Notes: generated by a model not told the origin, from the letters alone. Counted from the first letter of the stretch, positions 18,045 through 27,302 are shown. The stretch: DNA of 64,000 nucleotides from Candidatus Nomurabacteria bacterium (GCA_003155695.1 PMDZ01000005.1:49913-113912); one strand, 5' to 3'. Numbers and translations: made by a program.

Positions 18045-21000
18045 TATTTTTTTATAACAATTTTAAATGCTAACTCATCAATCTTTATTTCAGTACCGTC
18101 GTTTTCTTTAATCACTATATCTTTAGCGCTGACAGCTTTCATTAATTCTTTATTGAATTTATTTATCAATTCTTGTCCATCAGTATTAGTACTAATAATT
18201 AAAGTCACCATATCATTTGGATTTAATCCATTCTTTTTCCTTATATCTTGTACTGCTCTTAAAAGTTCACGATACTGGCCTTCCTTTTTTAATTCTTCGG
18301 TAATATGAGTATCTAATTCAACCTTAAATTCTTCTCCTTTTTCAGTCTTGATTTTTTTTATGTTTAATTCATCTCTTATAATTTCCGCATATTCATTTCG
18401 TAATTCGTAATTCGTAATTCGTAATTCTCCAAGCGGTTGTCGAACCGGCAGTCCGGCTTTTTGCCTCTCTTGCAAACCAAGCGTAACAATTTCTCTCACT
18501 TCTTTCATTTCTTCAATTATCTTTTCTTCATTTTTCCCTTTTGATTTTGGCCAATTTTCAAAATGCACACTTTCTTTATCATTTTTATTCTTTAGTTTCT
18601 GCCAAATATCTTCGGAGGCAAAAGGGGTAAAAGGCGCCATCAATTTGGAAAGTGTTTTCAAGACAAAATATAAAGTTGTCTTGGCTTCCGCTTCGCCATC
18701 TTTGATTCTTTCGCGCGAACGGCGCAGATACCAAGTTGAAAGGTCATCGATAAATAGACGTATTGCGCGAACTGGTTCGAGGAGTTTGTAATCATCAAGT
18801 TGTTTTGTTGTATTTTCTATAAGTTCGTTCAGACGGACAATAATCCATTTGTCCAAAATATTTTCGGAACCTTTGTATTCGGAAACTTCCAATGCCGAGT
18901 CTCGGTAAAGTTCGTAAAAGGCCAGAACATTGTAAAGCAGATTGAAAACTTTATTATGCAATTCCGAAACCGTCTTTTCATCAAAGTTTTTCGATTCACC
19001 CGGTTGATTGACTCCATACATCCATAGTCGAATTGTATCAACTCCATATTTATCAATCATTGTCCAAGGGTCGACAACATTTCCTAGAGATTTGGACATT
19101 TTTTTTCCATTGGCATCGAGCAGATGGCCAAGACAAATAACATTCTTGTAAGCTTTGCCTTTGCCCATAATCACTCCGACGGCATGTAGTGTGTAGAACC
19201 AACCCCGAGTTTGGTCGATGGCTTCACATATAAAGTCTGCCGGGTAGTTTTTGTTCACAAAATCTTTATTTTCAAACGGATAATGGTCCTGTGAAAATGG
19301 CATTGTACCGGAATCAAGCCAGACATCCATGACTTCTTTTGCTCGCTCCAATTTTCCACCGCAATCACAGACAAGTTCAACCTCATCTATATATGGTTTG
19401 TGTAAATCGAGCTCGTAATCCTCATTATGAGGAAGAGGAATAAAATCAAATTCTTCTATCTCGGCGTTATCGAATTCTCTAATTGGACCTTTCTTTTCCA
19501 GGTCAGAAAAAGAAAAACCATTAGCTATAAACTGTAACCCCGCAGTTACACCACCATGACAAACAATTAAAATATTTTTATTTTTATATTCTGAATCAAT
19601 TTCATAAATGTAATCACCTAATCTCTTTACCAATTGAGTAAAACTTTCACCATTCATAACTTCATTATCTGGAATATGAATATAATCATGCTCATAATAT
19701 TGGGTAACTTCTGTTTTTGATTTTCCTTCAAAACCACTTCCTATCTCCCACTCTCGTATACGTTTATCGTAAATAATTTTTTCTTGAGGAAATTTAATTA
19801 TTTTACTGGCTATTTCAGCTGTTTGTTTAGCCCTTAAAAAGGGAGAAGAAATTATCACATCAATCTTTTCGTTAAAATTATTCATGGATTTTATCACTTC
19901 TTCTTTACCTAACTCTGTCAATATTGCATTATGTTGGGAATCCATATAAAAATTTTTTTCAACATTATTACTTGCCTGCCCATGCCTCATGACAAAATAC
20001 TTATTCCCAGATTTTTTGGTTTTTGATTTTAAATCTTCGATGCTTCCGATGACATCAACTTTTTTACACTTATCGCAAATCCAGACCGGAAGTGGTGTCC
20101 CCCAGTATCGCTCGCGGGATATTGCCCAGTCCTTTATTTCACGGAGCCATTCGCCGAAACGCCCTTCTTTAATGTATGACGGTTCCCAATTTATTCCTTC
20201 ATTTTCTTTGACCATCTTGTCCCGAAGTTCCGACATTCTGATATACCAGGAATCGCGGGCATAATAAATCAGCGCCGTTTTACATCGCCAACAGTGTGGG
20301 TATGAGTGCTCATATTTTTCTTTCTTGAAGAGAAGACCACGATGTGCCAAATCTTTAATGATATCAACAGCTACCGCTTCATCACGAACAAACCTTCCTT
20401 CAAGAAAATCTGTTCCACCTAAAAATTTTCCATCAAGCCCCACCAGGTGATGTTTCGGCAAACCTATTTCATTTCCCAAGACAAAGTCATCGATACCGTA
20501 CATCACTGCCGTGTGAACCACACCTGTTCCATCTTCGGTATTGACGAAACCGGCACTGTAAACTTTGTAAGCTTTGCTCAATTTTTGTTTTTCGATATCC
20601 GAGATTGTATTCGAAAGGTATGGGTAGAGAGGTTCATATTCAAGTCCGATTAAATCTTTACCTTTCATTTCACCCACCACTTCGTATTCCCCCTCGACAA
20701 CTTGCAACCTTTCTTTGGCCAGAATATAAAATTCATTTTCTTTTTTTATTTTTACGTAGTCGATTTTCTTCCCGATAGCCAGAGCCACATTTCCTGGTAG
20801 TGTCCACGGCGTCGTCGTCCAAGCTAAGATGTAAGTAGGCGTAACATTTTCTGATTTCTCCGTCGCGTCGGAGCCCTTTAGGGTAAAGCGCGAAGAAATC
20901 TGAAAATGTGAAGCCGTTGAAACTTTAAATTTCGCATACACCGACAAATCTTTGACATTCTCATATCCTTGAGCCAGCTCATGCGAAGAAAGCGCCGTTC

Positions 21001-21553
21001 CGCAACGTGGGCACCAAGGCACAACCTTGTAATCTTTATAAAGTAATTTCTTTTTGTCGGCTTCCTTGATAACATTCCAAACCGATTCAATATAATCATT
21101 ATGATATGTGACATACGGATTCTTTTGGTCCAGCCAGTAGCCGATTCGCTCGGTAAATTTCTCCCAAAGGTCGGTATATTCCCAAACGCTTTCTTTGCAT
21201 TCATGATTAAATTTTGCAATTCCGTATTCTTCAATCGCTTTCTTCGAAGAAAGTCCCAATTTCTTTTCCACTTGGAGTTCCACTGGCAATCCGTGGGTAT
21301 CCCAACCGCCTTTCCTTCTGACATGGAAACCTTGCATTGTTTTATAGCGAGGTATTATATCTTTGAAAGCCCGAGCTTCAAGATGGTGAATTCCAGGTTT
21401 GCCGTTGGCCGTTGGTGGTCCCTCATAGAAAACATACTCACCCTTTGGAGCATCCTTCTCCAGGCTTTTCTCGAAAGTGTTATTTTCCTTCCAAAATTGC
21501 AAAATCGCTTCTTCCCGAAGCGCCGAAACCGATTTTTTTGCCTCTTTGTCCAT
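18044..21553 (-). CDS. ileS: Isoleucyl-tRNA synthetase with an inserted histidine-phosphatase domain
   Basis: IleRS-specific GWDTHGLPVE, CP1 editing-domain TTTPWTLPGN, KMSKSLGN and the IleRS C-terminal VRQPL...ELNIK...LDTHITEEL block are all present. Residues ~516-705 form a PGAM-like histidine phosphatase (RHGQ, SPFLRAKQTA, EWEIGSGFEG, VCHGG). Confidence 0.85.
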   Translation of the reverse strand: MDKEAKKSVSALREEAILQFWKENNTFEKSLEKDAPKGEYVFYEGPPTANGKPGIHHLEARAFKDIIPRYKTMQGFHVRRKGGWDTHGLPVELQVEKKLGLSSKKAIEEYGIAKFNHECKESVWEYTDLWEKFTERIGYWLDQKNPYVTYHNDYIESVWNVIKEADKKKLLYKDYKVVPWCPRCGTALSSHELAQGYENVKDLSVYAKFKVSTASHFQISSRFTLKGSDATEKSENVTPTYILAWTTTPWTLPGNVALAIGKKIDYVKIKKENEFYILAKERLQVVEGEYEVVGEMKGKDLIGLEYEPLYPYLSNTISDIEKQKLSKAYKVYSAGFVNTEDGTGVVHTAVMYGIDDFVLGNEIGLPKHHLVGLDGKFLGGTDFLEGRFVRDEAVAVDIIKDLAHRGLLFKKEKYEHSYPHCWRCKTALIYYARDSWYIRMSELRDKMVKENEGINWEPSYIKEGRFGEWLREIKDWAISRERYWGTPLPVWICDKCKKVDVIGSIEDLKSKTKKSGNKYFVMRHGQASNNVEKNFYMDSQHNAILTELGKEEVIKSMNNFNEKIDVIISSPFLRAKQTAEIASKIIKFPQEKIIYDKRIREWEIGSGFEGKSKTEVTQYYEHDYIHIPDNEVMNGESFTQLVKRLGDYIYEIDSEYKNKNILIVCHGGVTAGLQFIANGFSFSDLEKKGPIREFDNAEIEEFDFIPLPHNEDYELDLHKPYIDEVELVCDCGGKLERAKEVMDVWLDSGTMPFSQDHYPFENKDFVNKNYPADFICEAIDQTRGWFYTLHAVGVIMGKGKAYKNVICLGHLLDANGKKMSKSLGNVVDPWTMIDKYGVDTIRLWMYGVNQPGESKNFDEKTVSELHNKVFNLLYNVLAFYELYRDSALEVSEYKGSENILDKWIIVRLNELIENTTKQLDDYKLLEPVRAIRLFIDDLSTWYLRRSRERIKDGEAEAKTTLYFVLKTLSKLMAPFTPFASEDIWQKLKNKNDKESVHFENWPKSKGKNEEKIIEEMKEVREIVTLGLQERQKAGLPVRQPLGELRITNYELRNEYAEIIRDELNIKKIKTEKGEEFKVELDTHITEELKKEGQYRELLRAVQDIRKKNGLNPNDMVTLIISTNTDGQELINKFNKELMKAVSAKDIVIKENDGTEIKIDELAFKIVIKK
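18397..18427 (-). repeat. Heptamer tandem repeat (CGAATTA)~4.4, in-frame within ileS; encodes ELRITNYELRN
   Basis: The plus-strand sequence is ttcgtaattcgtaattcgtaattcgtaattc. It is the same heptamer as in the rpsR and glyQS leaders, but here it is translated inside the variable linker between VRQPL and ELNIK. Confidence 0.7.
19439..20008 (-). other. Histidine phosphatase (phosphoglycerate-mutase-like) domain inserted within ileS
   Basis: All four conserved His-phosphatase blocks are present: FVMRHGQASNN, SPFLRAKQTAEI, REWEIGSGFEGKS and ILIVCHGGV. The domain is flanked by the IleRS zinc-knuckle halves CDKCKK and CDCGG. Confidence 0.75.
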
Positions 21554-21820
21554 ATAAGGATGATTTTAGCAGAATATTTGCATTTTTCCTAGATTCAGGT
21601 AGTATTGGATACGAATGAATTGCTCTTTACAAATCCAAGGATTGACGTCTTCGATTTGACTGACACACTTGTATATGAGCCACCAATACATCATAATACG
21701 TAGAATTTTCTGTTAAATTTCAATTCAAACAATTCGGCTCAAATACATTAAAATCGAGCAATTCATTTACTTTGGGTGGTATATATTTCTCAACAATCAA
21801 ACCGTCAGGACCCAAAGTTT

Positions 21821-21862
21821 TAGCCCTTCCCTCGCCGCCAGGCATCGAAGGGCTATTTTTTT
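21821..21862 (+). terminator. Stem-loop plus U-tract that acts as an intrinsic terminator in the plus orientation (tagcccttc-N17-gaagggcta-ttttttt); overlaps the argS stop
   Basis: A 9-bp GC-rich stem is followed by T7 on the plus strand. In the minus (argS) orientation the stem is followed by AAAACUUUGGG, which is a weak tract. Confidence 0.45.
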
Positions 21863-23666
21863 ACATTTTATCCGGAGTTTTAATGCCGAGCAACCAAAGA
21901 CCGTTTTTCATGGTTTGATAAAAGGCTTTCACAAGCTCGAGTTGATAGCTCATATATTTGTTTCCTGTCTCCAGTATTTTTGTATTCCCATAAAAAGTAT
22001 TGAAAGCACTAGCCAGCTCGGTCAGATAAGTCGCTAGATGATGCGGTTCGAGTGTTTCGTATGAATGCTCTATTACTTCCGGAAATTGGTAAATCAATTT
22101 TTCCAAGCCGATAATTTCTTCCGGAGCCTCGCCTTTCCCCTCAATTTTAAATTCTTTTGATTTTTCCAAAATTGAATTGGCTCGGACTGCCGTGTATTGC
22201 AGATATGGACCGGAATCTCCTTCGAAAGATATAGACTTCTCAAAATCATAAACTATATCACTACCGAGAGATGATTTAAGTATGGAATACTTGAGCGCCG
22301 ATACCCCGACAATTTCCGCAATTTTCTTTTTTTCACTCTCTTCCAAATCACGGTCCTTCAATTTCTCATACACCACATCCATGGAATCGCGAAGCAGCGA
22401 TTCGCCGGTCACAACATTGCCTTTTCGTGAGGACATCTTGCCGGAAGCGAATTTCATCATGCCGTGGGTTATGTGCTTCATTCTTTTCTCGTAATCGGGG
22501 TGAATAAGAGAAATCGCTTTCTGAACTACCTTCATATATTCGGCTTGCTCGGTAGCGGTAACAACAATAGACAAATCAGGATTTTCTTTTTCGAACTTCG
22601 TCATCGTCAATCCGATTTCTTTCGTCTCATACGTAGGCAAACCTTGAGAATTTATAAATACGCGGGTATGAAGTTTTTTGTCGTAATTCTCGCCGTGAAA
22701 AATGACAGCACCGTCGGATTCGTCGAAAACCTTACCAACACTATCTCTAACAACTTTCTCCCCCTTTACCGCCATATCGCTTTCAAAGAAATAGTAATCG
22801 AATTTCGTTCCCAAAATTTTATATATTTCTTCGAATGCTTCAAGTGTAACTTTCCTGCCCCAATCATAATATTTTTTTATTTTTTCATCACACTCACCAT
22901 TTTTATTAAAATAATTATATATTTGTTTATTAATACTTTCTATTTCTTTTTTAATATTTTCGTCAGTATCGTACGCCTCAGAACCAATATGATAACAATA
23001 ACCAATATATTGTGCATTTTCTGAAACAGATTCTTTTTCTAACGGTCTTTTAACTTCAATCGTTTTACTTGGATCATTATTAAAATATATATTTAGTTTT
23101 CCTAATTTATCAACATGATTAATTCCCCAGATAGCCTTGGCTACATGCGGGCCAATATCCCCTTGATAGTTGGCCCGAACGGTTTTGGCACCGGAGAATT
23201 CGACGATACGGGAAATTGATTCACCGATGGCATTCGTCATTAAATGCCCGATATGAAATGGTTTGAACGGGTTCGGGTCGGTATATTCCACCATTATTTT
23301 TTTACTTTTTAGCAATTTATTTTTCCCCCAATTTTCTTTTTGTTTTAAAATATTTTCAACACTATCTTCAAAAAATTCTCGTGACAAATAAAAGTTTATA
23401 AACCCAGGACCTGCAATTTCGACTTTCTCTATTTCTTTCAGTAAATCTTTTTCTAATTCTTTTTTTATTACCTCAGCTAACTCGTGAGTTGTTTTCCAAA
23501 TTCTTGCTTTTCCGCTTTGAGCAACGCTTCGGAAAGAAATTAAGGCAACGTTTGTTGAATAATCTCCATTTTTTAAATCTTCCGGATGTAGAACAGCAAA
23601 ATTTGAATCTTCTATATTAAGATTTTTCAAAATTTCTGTTATTTGATTTTTTATTTTCTCCTGCAT
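21861..23666 (-). CDS. argS: Arginyl-tRNA synthetase
   Basis: It has the N-terminal Arg tRNA-recognition domain (DYSTNVALISF), a class I core (HIGHLMTNAIGESISRI), the YLQYTAVRANSIL motif and the DALR anticodon-binding domain. Confidence 0.85.
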   Translation of the reverse strand: MQEKIKNQITEILKNLNIEDSNFAVLHPEDLKNGDYSTNVALISFRSVAQSGKARIWKTTHELAEVIKKELEKDLLKEIEKVEIAGPGFINFYLSREFFEDSVENILKQKENWGKNKLLKSKKIMVEYTDPNPFKPFHIGHLMTNAIGESISRIVEFSGAKTVRANYQGDIGPHVAKAIWGINHVDKLGKLNIYFNNDPSKTIEVKRPLEKESVSENAQYIGYCYHIGSEAYDTDENIKKEIESINKQIYNYFNKNGECDEKIKKYYDWGRKVTLEAFEEIYKILGTKFDYYFFESDMAVKGEKVVRDSVGKVFDESDGAVIFHGENYDKKLHTRVFINSQGLPTYETKEIGLTMTKFEKENPDLSIVVTATEQAEYMKVVQKAISLIHPDYEKRMKHITHGMMKFASGKMSSRKGNVVTGESLLRDSMDVVYEKLKDRDLEESEKKKIAEIVGVSALKYSILKSSLGSDIVYDFEKSISFEGDSGPYLQYTAVRANSILEKSKEFKIEGKGEAPEEIIGLEKLIYQFPEVIEHSYETLEPHHLATYLTELASAFNTFYGNTKILETGNKYMSYQLELVKAFYQTMKNGLWLLGIKTPDKM

Positions 23667-23667
23667 T

Positions 23668-24090
23668 TTATTTTTTGCCGGTCGAACCGAACATTCCTTC
23701 CCCTCGAGCCGAATCGCTTAATGTGTCCGTTTCTTCGAGTTCGGCAATCGCAACCGGGTAAATAATCAGTTGAGCAACCTTATCTCCAACTTCTACAGTA
23801 TATGGCTCAGAGCTCAGATTTACAAGGAGGGTATTGTATTCACCGCGGTATCCGGCATCAAATACTCCACCAATCTGGTGAAGCCCAGCTTTTGATATAC
23901 TACTTTTATCTTTAACGACAGCGGCATATCCTTCGGGAAATTCCATTGCAAATCCATGCCAAAAACGCTGGTGCCCCATCGGCGGAATCGTCACCGTCTC
24001 CATCGCGTACAAATCCATCCCGACGTCCCCCGGATGATGATATTTCGGCAATTTTGCATTTTCTTTCAATTTTTTAACTTTGATTTTCAT
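23668..24090 (-). CDS. dut: dUTP diphosphatase (dUTPase)
   Basis: A 140-aa protein with the motifs AGLHQIGGVFDAGYRGE and GDKVAQLIIYPV, typical of trimeric dUTPase. Confidence 0.85.
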   Translation of the reverse strand: MKIKVKKLKENAKLPKYHHPGDVGMDLYAMETVTIPPMGHQRFWHGFAMEFPEGYAAVVKDKSSISKAGLHQIGGVFDAGYRGEYNTLLVNLSSEPYTVEVGDKVAQLIIYPVAIAELEETDTLSDSARGEGMFGSTGKK

Positions 24091-24565
24091 GATTTTTTAG
24101 TAACTGCATATATTTTTTAAAATCGTTCAAAAACATTTCCGGTTTTTCCTTCAATAATTCATTTAACTCGTTTACTGAAAACCACTTCAGCTGTTCAACT
24201 TCTTCGTCTTGTTTTTTAAATTTGTAATCGTGGTCAACAATTACGCTAAAAAAATATGAGAAACAATCATCTAGCCGAATCTTGGGACCTGGTTTGAAAG
24301 TTAATCCTTTTAACCCGATTTCTTCTTCTGCTTCTCTTATCATACACGATTCATATGTTTCCCTTTCTTCAACAACACCCCCGGCTGCAGGCCCCCATAA
24401 TCCTGGCGCGTGTCTTCGATTAAGAGCTCTCTGTGCCAAAAGAACATTCCCATCCTTATCCGTAATCCAAAGCCCTGTTGCCCGAACTAGCTCTTCAATA
24501 GTTCTATCTTTTCTTTCTTTGTAACCTATTATTTCATCTTTTTCATTTACAATTGGAATGTTCAT
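24074..24565 (-). CDS. NUDIX hydrolase
   Basis: It has the Nudix box GGVVEERETYESCMIREAEEEIG. Confidence 0.75.
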   Translation of the reverse strand: MNIPIVNEKDEIIGYKERKDRTIEELVRATGLWITDKDGNVLLAQRALNRRHAPGLWGPAAGGVVEERETYESCMIREAEEEIGLKGLTFKPGPKIRLDDCFSYFFSVIVDHDYKFKKQDEEVEQLKWFSVNELNELLKEKPEMFLNDFKKYMQLLKNHENQS

Positions 24566-24568
24566 AAA

Positions 24569-25276
24569 CTATTTTATTATTTTTTTAACTTCTTTATAAA
24601 CCAAATCATGAACTTGTTCGCGGGACAGTATCTTACCTTTCTCAGAACATTCGATTCTGATAAAATTGGGAATTTCTTTTTCTAATTTAAGCGCGCTTTT
24701 TCGAGAATTGATTAAGAAATTAACATCACTTTCATGAACATCCTTTTTCTTCTTTAAATATTCCCTTTTCATTTTACTTTCATCGCGGTCTTTTAAAAGC
24801 TGAAGGACAATATTTATCGGCAAGCTCAAATATAGTGTCAAATCCGGTCGCGGAATTTTGAAAACTTTGTATTCCATTTCATCGAGCCACTTCATAAAGT
24901 CGGCGCGCTTTTTAGCGCTTTTTATCTTGCCTCCTTGATGAATCTGATTGGCCGAGACATATCTGTTGGCAATGACTATATAACCGCTCTTGAGCCATCC
25001 ACGCATTTCATCGCTTGATTCCCATCTGTCGGCGGCAAATAAAACCGATGCGATTTTCTGGTGAACATTGAGAAAATTATAGTATTGCTCGGACAAACAA
25101 TGCCCAATAAATTTGCCGAAGAAGTTTTTATAGTAAACGGGAAAGTCGACAATTTTTACTTTATATTTGTCTTTTTTCAAGTGTTCGGCAAGATACGTCA
25201 CCTGCGTCGTTTTACCGCTCCCGTCCGTTCCGTCTATTACAATCAATTTCCCTTTATCTTTTTTATTCTTTGTCAT
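24569..25276 (-). CDS. tmk: Thymidylate kinase (dTMP kinase)
   Basis: It has the P-loop LIVIDGTDGSGKTTQVTYL plus DRY-like and lid regions. The chosen start is MTKNKKDK at 25276, preceded by AGGAACGAATTATT. The longer ORF to 25423 adds an implausible N-terminus. Confidence 0.8.
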   Translation of the reverse strand: MTKNKKDKGKLIVIDGTDGSGKTTQVTYLAEHLKKDKYKVKIVDFPVYYKNFFGKFIGHCLSEQYYNFLNVHQKIASVLFAADRWESSDEMRGWLKSGYIVIANRYVSANQIHQGGKIKSAKKRADFMKWLDEMEYKVFKIPRPDLTLYLSLPINIVLQLLKDRDESKMKREYLKKKKDVHESDVNFLINSRKSALKLEKEIPNFIRIECSEKGKILSREQVHDLVYKEVKKIIK

Positions 25277-25688
25277 AATAATTCGTTCCTGATTTATATG
25301 CTTCAAGCATAACGTTGGCTGGTAAAAAAATTGGTTGCGGCAAATTATCCAGGCTGTACCATTCCCAACTCTCGCGTTTATTTGGTTCCATAACTTTCGG
25401 TTCTCCGCTTTCCCAATCGGCAATTAATCCTATCAGTATTGCGTGTCGAGGCGGATAAGTTGTTTCGTTCGAGAGACACAAAAATTTTATGTTTTTTATT
25501 TTTATTCCCGCCTCCTCGAGTGTTTCCCTTTCCGCACATTTGTTGAACGATTCCATGTATTCCAAGTGCCCCCCGGTAAAAGCATATTCACCGGCTCCGT
25601 GGGCGTTTTTTCTTTTGCCCATTAAAATCTTTCCATCTTTGAAAATCATTACTCCGACACCAACCTTTATGTTTTTATCTGTTTCCAT
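25263..25688 (-). CDS. NUDIX hydrolase
   Basis: It has the Nudix box GGHLEYMESFNKCAERETLEEAG. The start chosen is METDKNIK at 25688, preceded by AAGGA, so the upstream part of the long ORF is treated as leader. Confidence 0.65.
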   Translation of the reverse strand: METDKNIKVGVGVMIFKDGKILMGKRKNAHGAGEYAFTGGHLEYMESFNKCAERETLEEAGIKIKNIKFLCLSNETTYPPRHAILIGLIADWESGEPKVMEPNKRESWEWYSLDNLPQPIFLPANVMLEAYKSGTNYYDKE

Positions 25689-25720
25689 TATGTCCTTCAG
25701 TATAACATCAAATTTAGATA

Positions 25721-25760
25721 TAAAAAAAGTCCCCTGGTCATGTGTTAGACGAGGGGAAAG
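25721..25760 (-). terminator. Intrinsic terminator on the minus strand (CCCCUCGUC-loop-GACCAGGGG followed by ACUUUUUUUU), 35 nt upstream of the nudix ATG
   Basis: On the plus strand this reads aaaaaaaagtcccctggtcatgtgttagacgaggggaaag. The stem is GC-rich, and a U8 tract follows on the minus strand. Confidence 0.55.
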
Positions 25761-25948
25761 CTTTTTGCTTGGGTGCGCACCCTGTGTAGGAATAGCCATT
25801 TGGCTGTTGATACCGTTTTAAAAACGGCTGCTCAAAAAATTGAATTTAATAACTTCTGCTTTAAAGAGTAGTAACTTTGGCCAGAGCCAATTTTGGCAGT
25901 CTTGCTTTCTAATAAGCAGGAAAAAACACATAAGCTATTTCGTGTTAT

Positions 25949-25977
25949 ATCCTAGCAAGTTTATAATTTTGTGTCAA
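25949..25977 (-). promoter_or_regulatory. Sigma70-like promoter (TTGACA, 17-nt spacer, TAGGAT) on the minus strand, immediately after the glyA stop
   Basis: It is the reverse complement of plus 25949-25977 and has -35/-10 spacing of 17 nt. It would drive the leader and the nudix-tmk-nudix-dut operon. Confidence 0.35.
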
Positions 25978-25979
25978 TC

Positions 25980-27275
25980 CTAAACAAATTTTTTGGGAAT
26001 TGGGAATTTCTTGGCAAGTGATTTTATTTCTTTGTGAACTTTTTCTTTTATCTTTTTATCGTCTTTATTTTTGAGTGTCATTATCATAAGCTCGGCAACA
26101 CGTTTGCATTCTTTTTCTTTAAATCCACGGGTTGTAATAGCTGGAGTTCCAAATCTTATTCCTGACGGGTCCATTGGCTTTCTGGTATCACTGGCAATCG
26201 AATTCATATTGAGAGTGATTCCGACTTCATCAAGAACTGTTTGAGCTTCCTTGCCGGTGACACCCAATGAACCGAAAACGTCAGCTAGAATCAGGTGATT
26301 GTCCGTTCCTCCGCCGATCATTCGAATTTTATTCTTATGAAAGACTTTTTCCATTGCTTTGGCGTTTTTCAGAATCTGTTGGGCGTATACTTTGAATTTC
26401 GGCGTCATTGCTTCACCGAAAGCCACAGCCTTGGCGGCAATTGTGTGCATATGTGGACCGCCTTGAATTCCCGGGAAAATGGATTTGTCGATTTTCTTGG
26501 CAATTTCTTCATTGTCACGGGTAAGAATGATTCCACCACGTGGACCGCGAAGTGTCTTGTGAGTTGTCGAGGTAATAATATCGAAACCATCATCAAATGG
26601 ATTACGTAATACTCCGGCAGCAATCAATCCGGCAATGTGAGCCATATCAGCCATCGTTATTGCTCCAACTTCATGGGCAATATCCACAAACTTTTTATAA
26701 TCAAGCGAACGAGGGTAAGCCGAGAATCCGGCAATGATTAATTTTGGTTTTTCTTTTTGGGCTACACGTCGCATATCTTCATAGTCAATTTCTCCTGTAT
26801 CAGGATTTTTCATTTTATAAGTGACAAATTTATAAATCTTTGCAGGTAGAGTCATCGGATGCCCGTGAGTCAAATGCCCACCATGAGACAAATCCATCCC
26901 CATAACTGTGTCTCCTGGGGAAAGCAGAGCAGCATAAACAGCCAGATTGGCCGGAGCGCCGGAGTGAGGCTGAACGTTGGCGAATTTGCATTTAAATAGT
27001 TTGCAAACACGCTCGATAGCCAAAGTTTCCACTTGGTCTGTCCATTCCTGCCCACCATAGTACCGTTTGCCCGGATAACCTTCGGAATATTTATTGGTAA
27101 AAATCGAACCGTTGGCTGTCAAAACGTCTTCCGATACGTAGTTCTCGGAAGGAATGAGCTCCAACCCTTCAGCCTGTCTTTTTTCCTCCCCTTTTATAAG
27201 CTTTTCTATTTGTTTATCTTTCATTATTTTTGAAAAATTAGATTTGTAATATTTTGATTTTAGCATATTTGGCAA
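25980..27275 (-). CDS. glyA: Serine hydroxymethyltransferase
   Basis: It has [38 protein letters not shown] and the PLP-lysine region ([12 protein letters not shown]). Confidence 0.9.
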   Translation of the reverse strand: MPNMLKSKYYKSNFSKIMKDKQIEKLIKGEEKRQAEGLELIPSENYVSEDVLTANGSIFTNKYSEGYPGKRYYGGQEWTDQVETLAIERVCKLFKCKFANVQPHSGAPANLAVYAALLSPGDTVMGMDLSHGGHLTHGHPMTLPAKIYKFVTYKMKNPDTGEIDYEDMRRVAQKEKPKLIIAGFSAYPRSLDYKKFVDIAHEVGAITMADMAHIAGLIAAGVLRNPFDDGFDIITSTTHKTLRGPRGGIILTRDNEEIAKKIDKSIFPGIQGGPHMHTIAAKAVAFGEAMTPKFKVYAQQILKNAKAMEKVFHKNKIRMIGGGTDNHLILADVFGSLGVTGKEAQTVLDEVGITLNMNSIASDTRKPMDPSGIRFGTPAITTRGFKEKECKRVAELMIMTLKNKDDKKIKEKVHKEIKSLAKKFPIPKKFV

Positions 27276-27302
27276 AAAAGAAGAAAAGATTATAATAGGA
27301 GT

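Noticed and set aside
21554-21860. T-box riboswitch upstream of ileS, or SRP (4.5S) RNA in the same spacer.
   Set aside because: There is no T-box consensus (AGGGUGGNACCGCG) and no terminator or antiterminator next to the start codon. GUCAGGACC resembles the SRP helix-8 5' strand, but the GGAAGGAAGCAGC partner is absent.
24569-25423. Long N-terminal extensions of tmk (to 25423) and the Nudix gene (to 25799) given by the six-frame ORFs.
   Set aside because: The conserved domains start at internal ATGs with AGGA-type sites (25276 and 25688). The upstream stretches have no similarity to anything and overlap the neighbouring gene and the leader.
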